Positions 35,709 to 48,670 are shown, counted from the first letter of the stretch. The stretch: 64,000 bases of DNA from an uncultured Gammaproteobacteria bacterium (GCA_963773065.1 CAVYZN010000014.1:128001-192000), one strand, 5' to 3'. The notes: a model not told the origin generated them from the letters alone. Numbers and translations: made by a program.

Positions 35709-38700
35709 TCAGCGGTGTTTTCCATCGATCGGCAGACGAACGATGAAACAGGTTCCTTCGCCCTGGATGGAGTTGACATCGATGGTGCCCTTGTGCTGAT
35801 CGGTGATTATGAAATAAGACACTGAAAGGCCAAGGCCGGTTCCGGCGCCGACGGCTTTGGTGGTAAAGAACGGTTCGAATACCCGGCGTCGCGTCATTTC
35901 ATCCATGCCGGGGCCGTTATCCTCCACTTCGATGCGGGCATATTCCCCTTCCTTGCGGGTGCGCAGCGTGATCCGGTGCGGGCGCTGACTGCCGTCCATG
36001 GCCATGGCCTGGGCGGCGTTCTTGACCAGATTGAGAAGCACCTGCTCGATCTCCGTCGGGTCGCAAATCACCGTATCGAGTTCCGGGTCCAGCTCGCGCA
36101 CGATCTCGACGTGCTTGAAGTCATACTTCTTTTTCAGATCATAGTCATTGGCGGCCAGCCGCACGGCCGTATCCAGTATCTCTTCAATCCGTGCCGGCTG
36201 GTACTCGGTGGTCGTGCCGCGGCTGAAGGCCAGCATATCGGCCACGATGCGGCTGGCGCGGCTGGCCGCCTGGCGGATGGATTCAACAAAATCAAGGATG
36301 CCGCGTTCTTCCAGGTAGCGGTAAACAAGCCGCAGGTCAACGCCTAGCGATTCGGCCACCTGGCGGTTGGCGTCCAGCTCCTCCGAGAGCCGGCGCTGGA
36401 TATTCTGGCTGCTCTGCAACACACCGCTCAGCGGATTGTTGATTTCATGCGCCATGCCGGCGGCGAGTCCGCCGACCGACATCATCTTCTCCGTCTGCAC
36501 CATCATCTGCTCGATGCGCACCCGGTCGGTGATATCGTCAACCCGGATCACGGCGCCGATCGCCCCATTGGTCATCAGGGGATAGATCATAACGTCCTCA
36601 TAGCGTGTTTCATCGTTCTTGTCCGTAATCAGACTGAGGCGTTCGGTGCTGATCTGGCCATGCGAACGCATGGCCTCCTGCAGGTTGGTGAGCTGGGACT
36701 CGAGTTCGGGAAACAGCGCGCTGAACGACTGGCCGATGGCCTGTCCGGTCGCCACCCCGGTGGCCTGCTCGGCGCTCTGATTCCACTCCGTTATCCGTCC
36801 CTCCGTATCCACGCCGACCAGAATGGAGGGCATGGAATCGATAATGTTCTTGAGATAGGAACGCATGCGCTGCAATTCCTGGTCAAACTGCACGCGCTCG
36901 GATATATCGACGATGGAACCGAGGATATGGGTCTCCTGATCCGTCTCCACCGGGCTGAGGCCGATTTCGATGGGGAACTCGCTGCCATCTTTTCTGAGTC
37001 CGAACAGGCTGCGTCCGAGTCCCATGGCCCTGGCGCGATGCTCGCCCAAGAAGCGGGTGCGGTATTCCTCGTGCAGACCGCGCAGGCGCTCGGGTATCAG
37101 CATATCGACTGGCTGTCCCAGCAACTCATCCCGCCGATAACCGAAATATCTTTCCATTTGCGAATTGACGAGGATGATACGACCTTGCGCATCCACCATC
37201 ACGATGCCATTGGGGGCTGACTCGACGACCAGCCGGAATCTCTTTTCCGCAAGCTCGCGCTGGGTGATATCCTCGATTTCCCCCACGACCATGAGGGGCT
37301 GATTGCGGGCGTCACGGACCAGCCCGGCGCGCGCGCGGACGGTGATGACGACGCCATCCTTGCGGATATAGCGCTTTTCCAGATCGCAACTGCCGATGTC
37401 GCCCTGCATGAGGGCGTGCAAGTGTTTCCAGGTTTCTGCCCGGTCATCGGCATGCGTGATGTCATCGATGGACAGGCGGGTGAGTTCATCCGCCGGGTAG
37501 CCCAGGATATTGCACAGCGTGGGATTGACACTGAGCAACTTGCCGTCCAGTCCGGCGGTCAGGATGCCAATGGGGGCATGTTCCAACGTCAAACGCAATT
37601 GTTCCTCGCGCTGCCGCAGTTGTTCCTCCGCATGCTTCTGGGTGGTGATGTCCTCACCGGAACTCAAGGTGGCGGTAATGTTGCCCGCATCATCGAGCAG
37701 GACGGTATTGTGCCAGGCGATGAGGCGTTCCTCGCCGGAGCTGGTCAGTACCGGATGCTGGTAGTACTCCCGAAAAGCCGTCTGCCGAACCATCAGCCTG
37801 ACGAACGATTCCCTGAGCGAATCCCTGCTGCCTGAGGGCACGAAGGTGTCGAACCAGTTCCTGCCGATGATGTCCTGTTCGGCGTAACCCAGTAATTCGC
37901 TGCCTTTCCTGTTGACAAGGATGACTTTCTGGTCGGCCCCGATAATCAGGATGATGACACCGGCGACATCGAGGTAACGTTGCGCGTTGTCTTTTTCGAT
38001 CTTCAGGGAGTATTCCGTTTGCTGGCGGTGAATCTCGCTGCCGACCCATTGTCCCATCAGACTGAGGATTTCCTTGTCCGTGTCCGTGAAGTGTGCCCGG
38101 CGCGGGGTCGGGCTGGAGAAGTTGAGGGTGCCATATACTTCTTTACCCGCCACCACCGGGATGCCGATGTAGGTCTCAAGCTTGAACTCCCGGTAGCACG
38201 GGTGGGTATTCCACTCCGACGCCCCGGCATGCTCGAATCCGATCGGGCCATTGGCCCTGATTGTTTCACGGCAATAGGTATTCCCAAGGTCGAGGATGTC
38301 GCCGGGTTTGATGGTGTCATCGGGAGAGACAATCTGGATGATCTCATACTGCTTCTCATGGATATGCGAGAGTATCCCGAGCGGCAGGTTGAACTGCCTG
38401 CAGCCGTTTTCTAGCAATGCCCTGAGCCTTTGGGGAAAAGGCAGGTTTTGCGCCGAGGTGATTTCATGCAGTGCGCGCAGTGTATGCTCGGTCTGCCTGC
38501 GTTCGGTGATTTCATTTTTAAGCGCCGCTTCCGCCTGTTCTCGCTCGTGTATCTCCGTCTCCAGCCGGGTATTGCTCGCGGATAATTGCCGGGTACGAGC
38601 GGCGACCCGTTCTTCCAGCCGGGAACGTGATTCAAGGACCGTCTGTTCGGCGCTGGCGCGACGCCTCTCCTCGCGTCTGATCAGCACGTACATCGCGGCG

Positions 38701-39507
38701 CTGAAGAACAGAAATACCAGGAAGATGAGAAATGCCTGGCGTTGCAGCAGTTTCTTGTGGACGTTGTTCAGACCGGGCTCAGGCAAATCGGCAAGCACCC
38801 AGAGACTGCCCTCGACATCAATCGAGGCGCCGATGCGCGCCATCTCATCCGGATTTAATGTGATGCTATTTTTCAGATCGGCGCGGCTGCCGGCGTCGGT
38901 GACCTCGATCAGCCCGGGTCTGTTCCTGTGCAGCAGGATCAATCGATGGTCGTGCAACTGGCTGTTGGCCAGGATGCGTGCCAGAACCGCCGGTTTGAAA
39001 CTGATGAAGAAAATTCCCTTGTGAGCGTCACCGGTCTGCCAACGGGTCATGATGTCGAAATGATAGCCAACGGGATTGGGATGGATAAAAACCATTTGCT
39101 CATTACCCGCGGCAAAATTCTGGATGTCAGCCTGACACATTTCCGAAATCTTGCCCTCGAAGTCATCCAGCAGCACATTACCGCGTTCATCGGTGATGGT
39201 ATAGGCGAAGTAGTCGGGGAAATGCCGTTTGACTCTGTCCGTGAACTTCTTCTGCATTTCTTCATCCGCGGGATGTCGGGACAGTTCACCGATGATATTG
39301 CTTTCCTCCTCGGCAAACAGGTGTACACGCCGGCGGACCTCTCCGATATACAGTGCCTATTGTCCTGGCCGCGCCCGCGGTCGAATGCCGCATCAGGGCT
39401 TCTTGGCTGCTGAGGTAGCCTTGATTACTTTCTCTCACATACAGCGAAAGGAAAAAGCCGACCAGGGCCAGGATGATGACTATGAGCAGGGTTGTGTAAT
39501 TTTTCAC
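35709..39507 (-). CDS. Membrane GAF/multi-PAS sensor histidine kinase (N-terminal indel near 39260-39360)
   Basis: [20 protein letters not shown] and FFTTK...GTGLGL; GAF plus four PAS domains; TM leader in 39286-39507. Confidence 0.92.
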
Positions 39508-40171
39508 CGGATGTTCGCCACCGTTGAAATGCGGGCTGGGACAGTCCAGTCACACCCATGAACGGTTTTTCCAGTATAGACAGTTGTTCAAGCCGAAGCG
39601 TATGAAAGCTGGCATCGAGGCCCCGAATACGGTTGACTGATCCGCTCCCTATCATAATTTCCTGCCCTGTTTCCCGGAAGTGCCGCGTTGGCGATAACTA
39701 GGCACGTACCCGCTAAGGGCCTGGCAGGGAATGACATCGTCGCTTCGCTCAAGTATAAAATATCTATATAACAATAGGATATAGAATAATCCTCGAACCT
39801 CTGGCCCCGTTGCCGGCGTGCGGGGCAGGCAGGCGAAAGGGGTGAGGCAAGCGGCTTGGACACGGCGGGACCGCCCGCAAGGCGCAGGGCCGGGCGCGAC
39901 GATCCTTCGCGGTTGGATCCATCTGAAAAATCCGCTTGCCGTTACACAACCCTTTTTGTCTAATCGTGTCCCGAATTGAGGGTTTGGATTTCCTGAGCAG
40001 GAAAGCCGTGTTCGCGCAGCGGCGATGCATGCCTGGAAGGAAAGAAACGCATCGCATCCTCAAGGCATGCCATGTCTCCGTGACTCGCCTGCCTTATCGC
40101 ACGGCGATTGCCGGCGCATGGCATGCCGGATCTGGCGGGCGTTCAGCCACCACCGCAGGGAAGGAGTGATC

Positions 40172-41673
40172 ATGACCACCGAGACACCGGAACGGATGCT
40201 GGGGAACGAATCACCCGGATCCCGCCAATATCGTCATTTTCGGCGCCACTGGCGACCTTACCAAACGCAAGCTGGTGCCGGCTCTGGCGCGCATGTATCG
40301 CGCCAGGCTGATGCACCCGCAGAGCCGCATCATCGGCGTCGCCCACAAAATGGATGAGGAGGAGTGGTTTGCCAAGGTCCGCACGGCGCTGGCGACCTTC
40401 GCGGCCGATCTGGCGTTCTCGCAGGAGGAATGGCAGGACTTCGCCGCGCATCTGCACCTGGTTCGCGGCGACCTGGGGGAGGAATCGACCTACACGCGTC
40501 TGGCCGAATCACTCGCCACCCTGGATGGTCGGGTCAATGCCATGTTTTACCTGGCCATACCCCCGGACTGGTATGCCCGTGTCGGACAGTCGCTGGGGCG
40601 CGCGCATCTTGCCGATGAGTCGCAAGGCTATCGGCGTATCGTCATAGAAAAACCCTTCGGCCTCGACTGGACATCGGCGGTCGAGCTGAACCGGCAATTG
40701 CAGGGAATCTTCAAGGAGTCGCAGATCTATCGCATCGATCACTACCTGGGCAAGGAAAGCGTGCAGAACCTGTTTGTATTCCGCTTCGGCAATAGCATCC
40801 TGGAGCCGCTGTGGAACCGCAATTACATCGATCATGTGCAGATCTCCGTGGCCGAGACTATCGGCATCGAGTACCGGGCCGCCTACTATGAAGAGGCCGG
40901 GGCGCTGCGTGACATGATCCAGAGCCACTTGATGCAGGTGATGACCCTCGTGGCAATGGAACCGCCCGGCGAGTACACCGCCGATGCGGTTCGCGATGAG
41001 AAGGTGAAGGTCCTGCGCTCCATCCGGCCGATCCGGCCCGAGAATGTCGATCAGGTCGCGGTGGCGGCCCAGTACGGTTCGGGTACGATCGATGGTCAAC
41101 CGGTGCCGGCCTATGTCAAGGAACCGGGTGTGGCGCCGGATTCCGTGAAGGAGACCTTTGCCGCGGTGCGCTTCTATATCGACAACTGGCGTTGGCAGGG
41201 CGTGCCATTCGTGCTGTGGTACGGAAAACGGCTACAGAAGCGGGCCTCGGAGATTGTCATCCGGTTTCGCCAGCCGCCGCACAACCTGTTCGACCCGGCA
41301 GGCGAACCGCCGGTCGCCGATGCGCTGGTGTTCCGCCTGCAGCCCGACGAGGGCATGTTCCTGCGCATGAACGCCAAGGTGCCTGGCCTGACCACCAAAA
41401 TGCGCCGCCTGGTGATGCGCGGGCCTTACGCCTCGGCCACCGAACCGTTGGTCGAGGCTTATGAAACACTCCTGCATGACGTGCTGCAGGGCGATGCCAC
41501 GCTGTTTTCCCGGGCCGACGAGATCGAGGCATCCTGGAAGATTCTCGGTCCGATCCTCGATGCACTGGAACAATCGCCTCTCCATCGACCGCTATCGCGC
41601 CGGCAGTTGGGAGGTCCCGGATGTGGAACGCCTCTTCGAAGGCTGCGTCGGGGGATGGCACAAGCCGACCTGA
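40172..41673 (+). CDS. zwf: Glucose-6-phosphate dehydrogenase (indels near both ends)
   Basis: IVIFGATGDLTKRKL, EKPFG, RIDHYLGKE, GALRDMIQSHL and NWRWQGVPF. Confidence 0.93.
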
Positions 41674-41714
41674 AGGGCTGATGACGGCATGCGGCTTCAG
41701 GTAGACTCTGGTTC

Positions 41715-44667
41715 ATGAACGCCCGCGATACCACCGTTCGTTACCCGCTGCATATCACCATCAGCGCCCTGTTCATTACCCTGATCGTCTTACTCGGGGT
41801 CGTACTCAGCTGGCAGAACTACCGCAAGACATCCAGCATTATCCTGACCACGGCGGAGCAGGTCTTCGGCCAGATCACCAGGGAGCTGGTACTCGACTTC
41901 AACGGTACCTACCACCCGGTGGCCGGGGCCCTGCAGTTGCTGGCGCTCGCCCCGGTGACCGCGGCTGTCTCCCTGGAGGAACGCCTCACGTCACTCAGAA
42001 CCTTTGCCGTGGCGCTTGCCAACGAGCCGTCCGTGTCCGGAATACAGGTAGGCTACGGCAACGGGGACTTCTTCATTGTCCGGCCACTCAGGACCGAGGA
42101 TGCGCGCCGGCACTTCGATGCGCCCGCTGGTGCGGCCTTCATCGCCGATCATGTCGACACAGCGGCCGATGGGGAGCGCCGCCTCCTGCGGCTTTTTTTC
42201 GATGCGCAATTGCAGGAGATCCTGAGAAATCCGGCGGTGGCGACAACCTATGATCCCCGCACGCGCCCCTGGTATACCGCGGCGACCGGCCGGCCGGCCG
42301 CTACCCGGCCGTATCTCTTCTATTTTATCGGCAAGGTTGGCGCCACGGTGACGCTGACAACGCCCGTTCCCGGCGTCGTCGTGGCTTCCGACGTGACCCT
42401 GGAGCGGCTTTCCGAGACGACCAGCCGGCATCGCGTGACGGCGAGTTCCGAAGTCGTGCTGGTCGGGGCGGACGGCAAGGTGCTGGCCTATCGCGATCCC
42501 GGGAAACTGGTCAGGGCGTCGGGCGAGCACGGACTCAAGATCGCCGGCCTGTCGGAGCTGGGCAGCGAGGTGCTGGCGTTTCTCGCCGCCGGTTTTACCC
42601 CCGGTGAGCGCTCCCTCGATTTCGTGTTCCAGGGCCAGCGCTGGGTAGGCAGCGTCCGCAAGGTCGCCAGCCCCGGCGGGGTGGACCTGTTCGCGCTCAT
42701 GGTCTCGCCGGTGGATGAACTGCTGAGCGAGGCCGTAAGGATCCGCTGGCAGTCGGTCGTCATCACGGCCCTCATCATCCTGCTGGCGATCCCGGTCGTC
42801 TGGTTCGTGGCGAGAAAGGTTTCCCGCCCCCTGCATCAGCTTGCCGGGGAGGCCGGTCTGATCAGCCGCTTCGATTTCGGCAGCCCGATCCGCACGCGCT
42901 CCTTCATCAGGGAAGTGGATGAGCTCGCCGTCGCCATGGGAATGATGAAAACCACCATCAGCCGGTTTCTCACGCTGATCAATTCGCTCGCCGGTGAAAA
43001 GAACTTCGATTCGCTGCTCGAGGGCATCACCCGGGAAACCATGTCGGTCAGCCAGGCGGACGGGGTGCTCACCTATCTCGTCGATGCGAAGGATGCCTGG
43101 CTGGTGCCGGGGACGCTGCAGATACGCGGGCAGGGCGGCTGCGCCGTCGAGGGTCTGCCGCGCTTTGCCATGGCCGGCGCCGATGCGCTGGTAAGCGCCG
43201 CCCGGGGGAAGGAGAGCCGCCTGCTGTCGCCTGCGTGCGGGAGAGGAGAGCGGGCTGAAGCCGTTGCTGGAACGCTTCGGCGTCAAGGCGCTTAACCTTA
43301 TCGCACTGCCGTTGCGCAACCGGCAGGATGCGGTCATCGGCGTCCTGTGCCTGCTGTATCGGGAGGCAGAGGGCGGCGATCACGCCGGGCAGCCGCAGGA
43401 AGGCCACATCGCCTTCGTTCGTGCGCTTTCCGGTTTCGCCGCGGTGTCGCTGGAAAGCCGCCACCTGCTGATGATGCAGGAGGCGCTGCTCGATGCCTTC
43501 ATCAAGCTCATCGCCGGGGCCATCGACTCCAAGTCGCCTTATACCGGCGGTCACTGCCAGCGGGTGCCGGTGCTGACCCGCCTGCTGGCCGAGGCGGCGT
43601 GCGCTAGCGATGCCCCGGCGTTCAGCGGTTTCAATCTCGACGAGGAGCAATGGGAAGCCCTGAATATCGCGAGTTGGCTGCATGACTGCGGCAAGGTCAC
43701 CACACCGGAGTACGTGGTCGACAAGTCGACCAAGCTGGAGACCCTCTACGACCGCATCCACGAGGTGCGCATGCGCTTCGAGGTGCTCAAGCGCGATGCC
43801 GCCATCCGCTACTGGGAGGCACTGGCCGGTGGCGGCGAGCGCGAGGCGCTGCGGCAGACGCTGCAGGCGGAATGTGACCGTCTGGACGATGACTTCGCCT
43901 TTGTCGCCGCCTGCAATGAAGGCGGCGAGTCGCTTGCCGCCGACAAGATAGAACGCCTGCGGCAGATCGCGCAGCGGACCTGGAGGCGCACCCTCGATGA
44001 CCGCATCGGCATTTCCTGGGAGGAGAAACTGCGCAAGAGCGCGACGCCGGCCGCGGCCCTGCCGGTTGAGGAAAGACTGCTCGACGACAAGATCGAGCAC
44101 CTGATCGAAAGAACCGAAGCCGATCGCATGCCCGTGGACAATCCCTGGGGATTCCGCCTCGACGTCCCGCGGTACAAGTACAACCGGGGCGAACTCTACA
44201 ATCTCGCCGTCGAGCGCGGCACGTTAACGCCCGAGGAGCGTTACCAGATCAACGACCACATCGTGCAGACCATCATCATGCTGGAGAAACTGCCGTATCC
44301 CCGGCACCTGCGCGAGGTGCCCATGATCGCCGGCTGCCATCACGAAAAGATGGACGGCGGTGGCTACCCGAAACGTCTGACCAGCGCCGAGATGCCGCTT
44401 ACCGCGCGCATGATGGCGATCGCCGATATCTTCGAGGCGCTCACCGCCTCGGACCGCCCCTACAAGAAAGCCAAGACGCTGAGCGAGGCGGTGTGCATCA
44501 TGCACCGCATGAAGGATGACCGGCACATCGATCCCGACCTGTTCGAATTGTTCCTCACCAGCGGCATCCACCTCGAATACGGCCGCCGCTTCCTGCATCC
44601 AGACCAGATAGACGAGGTGGATATCGGCCGGTATCTGGGCGGGTCTGCTGCATCTCGCGGCAGTTGA
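41715..44667 (+). CDS. Cache/HAMP/GAF HD-GYP phosphodiesterase (indel near 43235)
   Basis: YDPRTRPWY, SPYTGGHCQRV, LHDCGK, HHEKMDGGGYP and ADIFEALTASDRPYK. Confidence 0.9.
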
Positions 44668-44779
44668 CCCCTACCTATCAAGAAAAACCGCTACCTTCCT
44701 ACCTTCGTTTCCGAAAAAATACCCCCGGTCGTAAGACCGATGCCGGGGGGAATTTACGGAGACACGGAAATTGTTCTTC

Positions 44780-45486
44780 AACCCCGGAGCTTGTTACCCG
44801 GCGGCGGGAAATAGCCACTAAGCCAAACAACCCGGAACAGAACAGCCACGCGGTGGCCGGAACCGGAACCGCAACCTGAAAGTATCGGAGGTGAGGGCAA
44901 GGCCTGAGGTCGTGATCTTGTTTGCACCCGTATCCGGTCCGATCGCTTCAAGCAGGTTCAGGTAAATGACTTCGTCGGTCGCGCAATCAACAAGGGAGTC
45001 TATAGCGCCAGAACAGGTGATGTTTGTGGTATTGAAACCCCATAACGTACTGTCTTCCGATGCAGCCCAATCACCCTTGAGATCGGCCGACACCCTGAAT
45101 TTTCCGAGCTCCGGTATTTTACCCGAGATTTGCAGGTCGCCATTTGCGACAGCACCATCCACTGCGGCGTTAAATTTGAATTTCATTTTGGGAATGACAA
45201 CAGTCGTTTCATCGTCAATCTGTAACCATATCCTCAGCGAGCCTTTCAAGGATTTCGCGGTTATATTGAAAGTATCATCTTCAGTGTCTTTGTCCTTGTA
45301 GAAGACAGATACCGTCTGATCGAAATACGGAAAACTGCCGTCTATCGTATCTGGCAGGCCGCAGCCGTTGAGGGGATACTCGGATGGATCAGGGCAACTA
45401 CTGGTGAAGGCGAAGCTGCTGGTACTTACCAAGCCGATGCTGCCTACCACACATATAATTAGCCATGTACTTATTTTATTGGCCAT
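44780..45486 (-). CDS. Exported protein with VPLPA-CTERM (PEP-CTERM variant) sorting signal after an indel near 44880
   Basis: Signal peptide; the alternate frame reads VPVPATAWLFCSGLFGLVAISRRR. Exact stop uncertain. Confidence 0.75.
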
Positions 45487-45590
45487 AACATACCTTCATT
45501 TGTCTTTTTATACTTCACACTCTGCATCCAAGCCAATCACTGGCTTGTCTTCTTAAATACGTTTTATGCCGGCGTTGATGTGTTCAGAAT

Positions 45591-45806
45591 TCAGCCTGCC
45601 TGTTTCTTGTTTGGAGTCGAATAGGTATCGTGCTCAGCTATATTTTCAGCATCGTCGTCGCGACGTAAAACCGCATCTTCGAGCGCGGTTATCAACCCGG
45701 AAAATGATTGAAATACCCTCTTCTCGTCGGTTCCCACAGTTTCAACCAGTCCGGCAATTTCTTCTGATTTTGTACGACGGTAGATTCTGATAATTAGGCT
45801 TTCCAT
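45591..45806 (-). CDS. Small hypothetical protein
   Basis: MESLIIRIYRR...GLVETVG...F pattern; 71 aa. Confidence 0.6.
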   Translation of the reverse strand: MESLIIRIYRRTKSEEIAGLVETVGTDEKRVFQSFSGLITALEDAVLRRDDDAENIAEHDTYSTPNKKQAG

Positions 45807-46121
45807 TTACCGCTTCCGATCAATAGTAGTATTTGTTGTTGTGTTTTTTCCACTGAAATGTCCGTCGAACTGGGTCACTTATAATTAAGCGTAGCCTAGT
45901 AGAATGAATAAAACAACTTACCGAGGCGTATAGAAACAATCACACCCATTCCATGAAATCCATTCATGCTCCCGCTTTGCTTGCGTCCATCGCTAGCGTT
46001 CATTGCCGACGGAAATGGGTAAATTTTCGCCATTGGCGCGGAGTTTGGTGACGGATTAACCCAACGATTTGTAGTTTTTCTTCTGGGGAGCTTGATGGCT
46101 GGCAATGGGATTCAGAGGTAG

Positions 46122-46303
46122 ATCGCTCCCGCGCTGCCGCTTACGGCATCCTCCCTGTGCATCGTCCCTGCGCTCCGCGATGATGGACAGGACGTCCAAT
46201 GTCGCGGAGCACAGGACGTGCGAGAGCGACTGTACCTACATCCCTGTAGGCTCATCGCTCCCGCGTATCCCTGCGCTCGCGATGTACCTACATCCCTGTA
46301 GGC
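46122..46303. repeat. Nested tandem cluster of twin A(N)GGA-hairpin elements
   Basis: Unit atcgctcccgcg..tccctgcgctc..gcgatgtacctacatccctgtaggc occurs twice (46122-46251 interrupted, 46254-46303 intact); an opposite-orientation unit lies at 46183-46230. Confidence 0.8.
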
Positions 46304-46335
46304 AAAAAAAGGGCCGCCCAGTGGCAGCCCTTTTA
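46304..46335. terminator. Rho-independent terminator for the OmpA-family gene
   Basis: aaaaaaagggccgcc-cagt-ggcagccctttt hairpin with A/T tracts. Confidence 0.75.
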
Positions 46336-46359
46336 TCGGGTGGGTAAGGTGTAGCGTGA

Positions 46360-47058
46360 TTACGTGATCGGCGTCAGGACGATCTCCACACGACGGTTCT
46401 GGGCACGCCCTTCCGGTGTGCTGTTGCTCGCGATGGGTTTGTTCATGCCCATGCCGCTGGTGACAACGCGCTGGGGCAGGACCTTCTGGCTTTCCAGATA
46501 GCGCGCGACGCTGCTGGCGCGGGCCTCGGACAGGCGCTGGTTCATATCCGCCGAGCCGGTGTTGTCGGTATGGCCGACGATGTCGATGTAGGTCTTTTCA
46601 TATTTGTTGACCACCAGGGCGACGGAATTCAGCACCGGGAAGAAGTCCGCGTTGATATCGCTGGAGCCAGTCGCGAAGGTGATATTGCCCGGCATGTTCA
46701 GGATGATTTTATCCCCGTCGCGGGTGACGCTCACACCGGTGTTCTGCAGTTGCGCGCGCAGCTCGTTATCCTGCTTATCCATGTAATACCCCACGCCGCC
46801 GCCAGCCAGAGCTCCGATGCCGGCCCCGATCAGCACGTTTTTGCGTTTACCGCCGCCGGCGATCGCGCCGAGGAGCGCTCCACTGGCCGCGCCGATACCG
46901 GCCCCCATGCCGGTCTTGCTCGCCTGTTGTTCACCGGTATAGGGATTGGTGGTGCATGCCGTGGCGGCCAGGGTAAGGACGAGGAACATGACCAGCAGTC
47001 GTTTGCCGAAGGGCGTAATCACAGCCTCGCAAGTGTACGAGGTTTTGTCTTTGCTCAT
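46360..47058 (-). CDS. OmpA-family lipoprotein with glycine zipper (YiaD-like)
   Basis: LAATAC lipobox, GAGIGA repeats, GHTDNTG, LSEARA and AQNRRVEI. Confidence 0.92.
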   Translation of the reverse strand: MSKDKTSYTCEAVITPFGKRLLVMFLVLTLAATACTTNPYTGEQQASKTGMGAGIGAASGALLGAIAGGGKRKNVLIGAGIGALAGGGVGYYMDKQDNELRAQLQNTGVSVTRDGDKIILNMPGNITFATGSSDINADFFPVLNSVALVVNKYEKTYIDIVGHTDNTGSADMNQRLSEARASSVARYLESQKVLPQRVVTSGMGMNKPIASNSTPEGRAQNRRVEIVLTPIT

Positions 47059-47194
47059 GTGTGCTCCTGGATTGAGTAAGGGTCCGCGGATGCCGCGGTG
47101 CGTGAAGTATGCAACGAGATCGTCCGTCTTGTGAAGGATACCGGCACAACCCGCGCGGAGATGACGACGCAAGGCTCCGGATTGTGCGGGAGAA

Positions 47195-48317
47195 TCAGGG
47201 TTCCAGCAATCGCAGGACCCGGTCCAATTGCTCACGGGGGGTGTAGTAATGAGGCGAGAAACGGATACCGCGCGCCGCGCAGGGCGCAGATGACTTGCTC
47301 ATTGCGCAGTCGTTCATGAAGTTCCCCGGTGGGCTCGTGCAGAGGTCGAAAGGTGACGATACCCGCATGCCTGTGATCTTCCGGCGGCGTGAGCAACTGG
47401 AATTCACCGCCGCGCGCGGTGAAATAGTCGATCAGATAGCGGGTGTTTTCCGTGACCCGTTTCTCGATTGCCGGCATGCCGATCTCGTGGATGAGCGACA
47501 GGCTGGCATTCAAGGCGTGTATCCCCGTCATATTGGGACTGCCGCATTCGAACCGCCGGGCCGTGGCGGCGATGCGCCATGCCATGGTGTCATAGTTGCC
47601 ATGATCTTCCACCATGTGCCAGCCGTACTGCCGCAGTTCCAACCGGTCCATGACTTCGGCGCGGCAGTAAAACAGCGCCACACCTTCTGGTCCCATCAGC
47701 CATTTGTGTCCGTCGGCCATGACGAAATCGGCCTGGCAGGACTGAACGTCGAATCCGACGGCGCCCAGGCTCTGGATCGCGTCCACGCAGAACAGGACGC
47801 CGTGCTCGCGGCAAGCGGCGCCGATTTTCTCCAGGTCTAGTTTTAGTCCCGTCGCATATTGCACCGAGCTAACCGACACCAGCCGGGTGTTGCGGTCGAT
47901 ATGGGAGATGATGGCGTCTTCGGGGGATGACTCCCCGTCCAGATCCGCGGCGCGCGTCTCGACACCGGATTTCCCCAGCGACTCCCAGACAATCCGGTTG
48001 GAAGGGAACTCCTGGCTGGTGATGACGATGTTATCACCCGGCTTCCACGACAAGCCGTAGGCAACGACCGACAGCGCTTCGGAGGTATTTTTGAGCAGTG
48101 CGATCTCGTCGCCGGAAGCGGCATTGATCAGGCGTTGCATTTGCGCCTTGAGGGCGTGTTCCGTTTCCACCCAGGCGCCGTAATTTCGGGAACCTACCCT
48201 GGCATTTTCCCGGGCAAATGCCTTGACTGCGGCGGCGGTGCGTTGCGGCCAGGGAGAGACACCGGCATGGTTCAGATAGATGATCGAATCATCGAGGACA
48301 AATTCGGACTTATCCAT
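47195..48317 (-). CDS. Class V PLP aminotransferase / cysteine desulfurase-like (indel near C-terminus)
   Basis: YLNHAG, VDAIQSLG, DGHKWLMGPEG, RFECGSPN and IRFSPHYY. Confidence 0.88.
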
Positions 48318-48670
48318 GCATAGACGTCCTAAGTACCAAGACCATATGCGGCATACGCGCCTACGCGGACGTATTCACGGCGTGTCTCGAAAAGTCTATC
48401 CCGGATAGTGTCCCAGCACGTGGCTCCAGAAACGAAGCCTAAGCAAAATCACATCCGTAATGCCGCAACGGGTATGATACGCTGGCGTCGGATGTCTTCC
48501 GTTATAAATCTTATTTCCCCTATCTGCACCGGAACTCGTTTCGTATTCCCTGCCTGTATGAATGATAATACAACAGTACAATCAGATAGATATTCTATAG
48601 TCCTGAACTATACATTAGAGTTCGGGTGGGTTCAGGCAGCGGCACCTACCAGACGGTCAAGTGCTTAGCG

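Noticed and set aside
33765-39507. Kinase-PP2C-STAS cluster as a novel system
   Set aside because: Matches known RssB/RssC-like partner-switching genes; linkage to the kinase is not demonstrable from sequence.
46122-46303. CRISPR mini-array or canonical CsrB/RsmZ sRNA gene
   Set aside because: Only two direct units, with nested insertions and GGA hairpins on both strands. The minus-strand sites lie beyond the terminator rather than before it. Treated as a repeat cluster instead.
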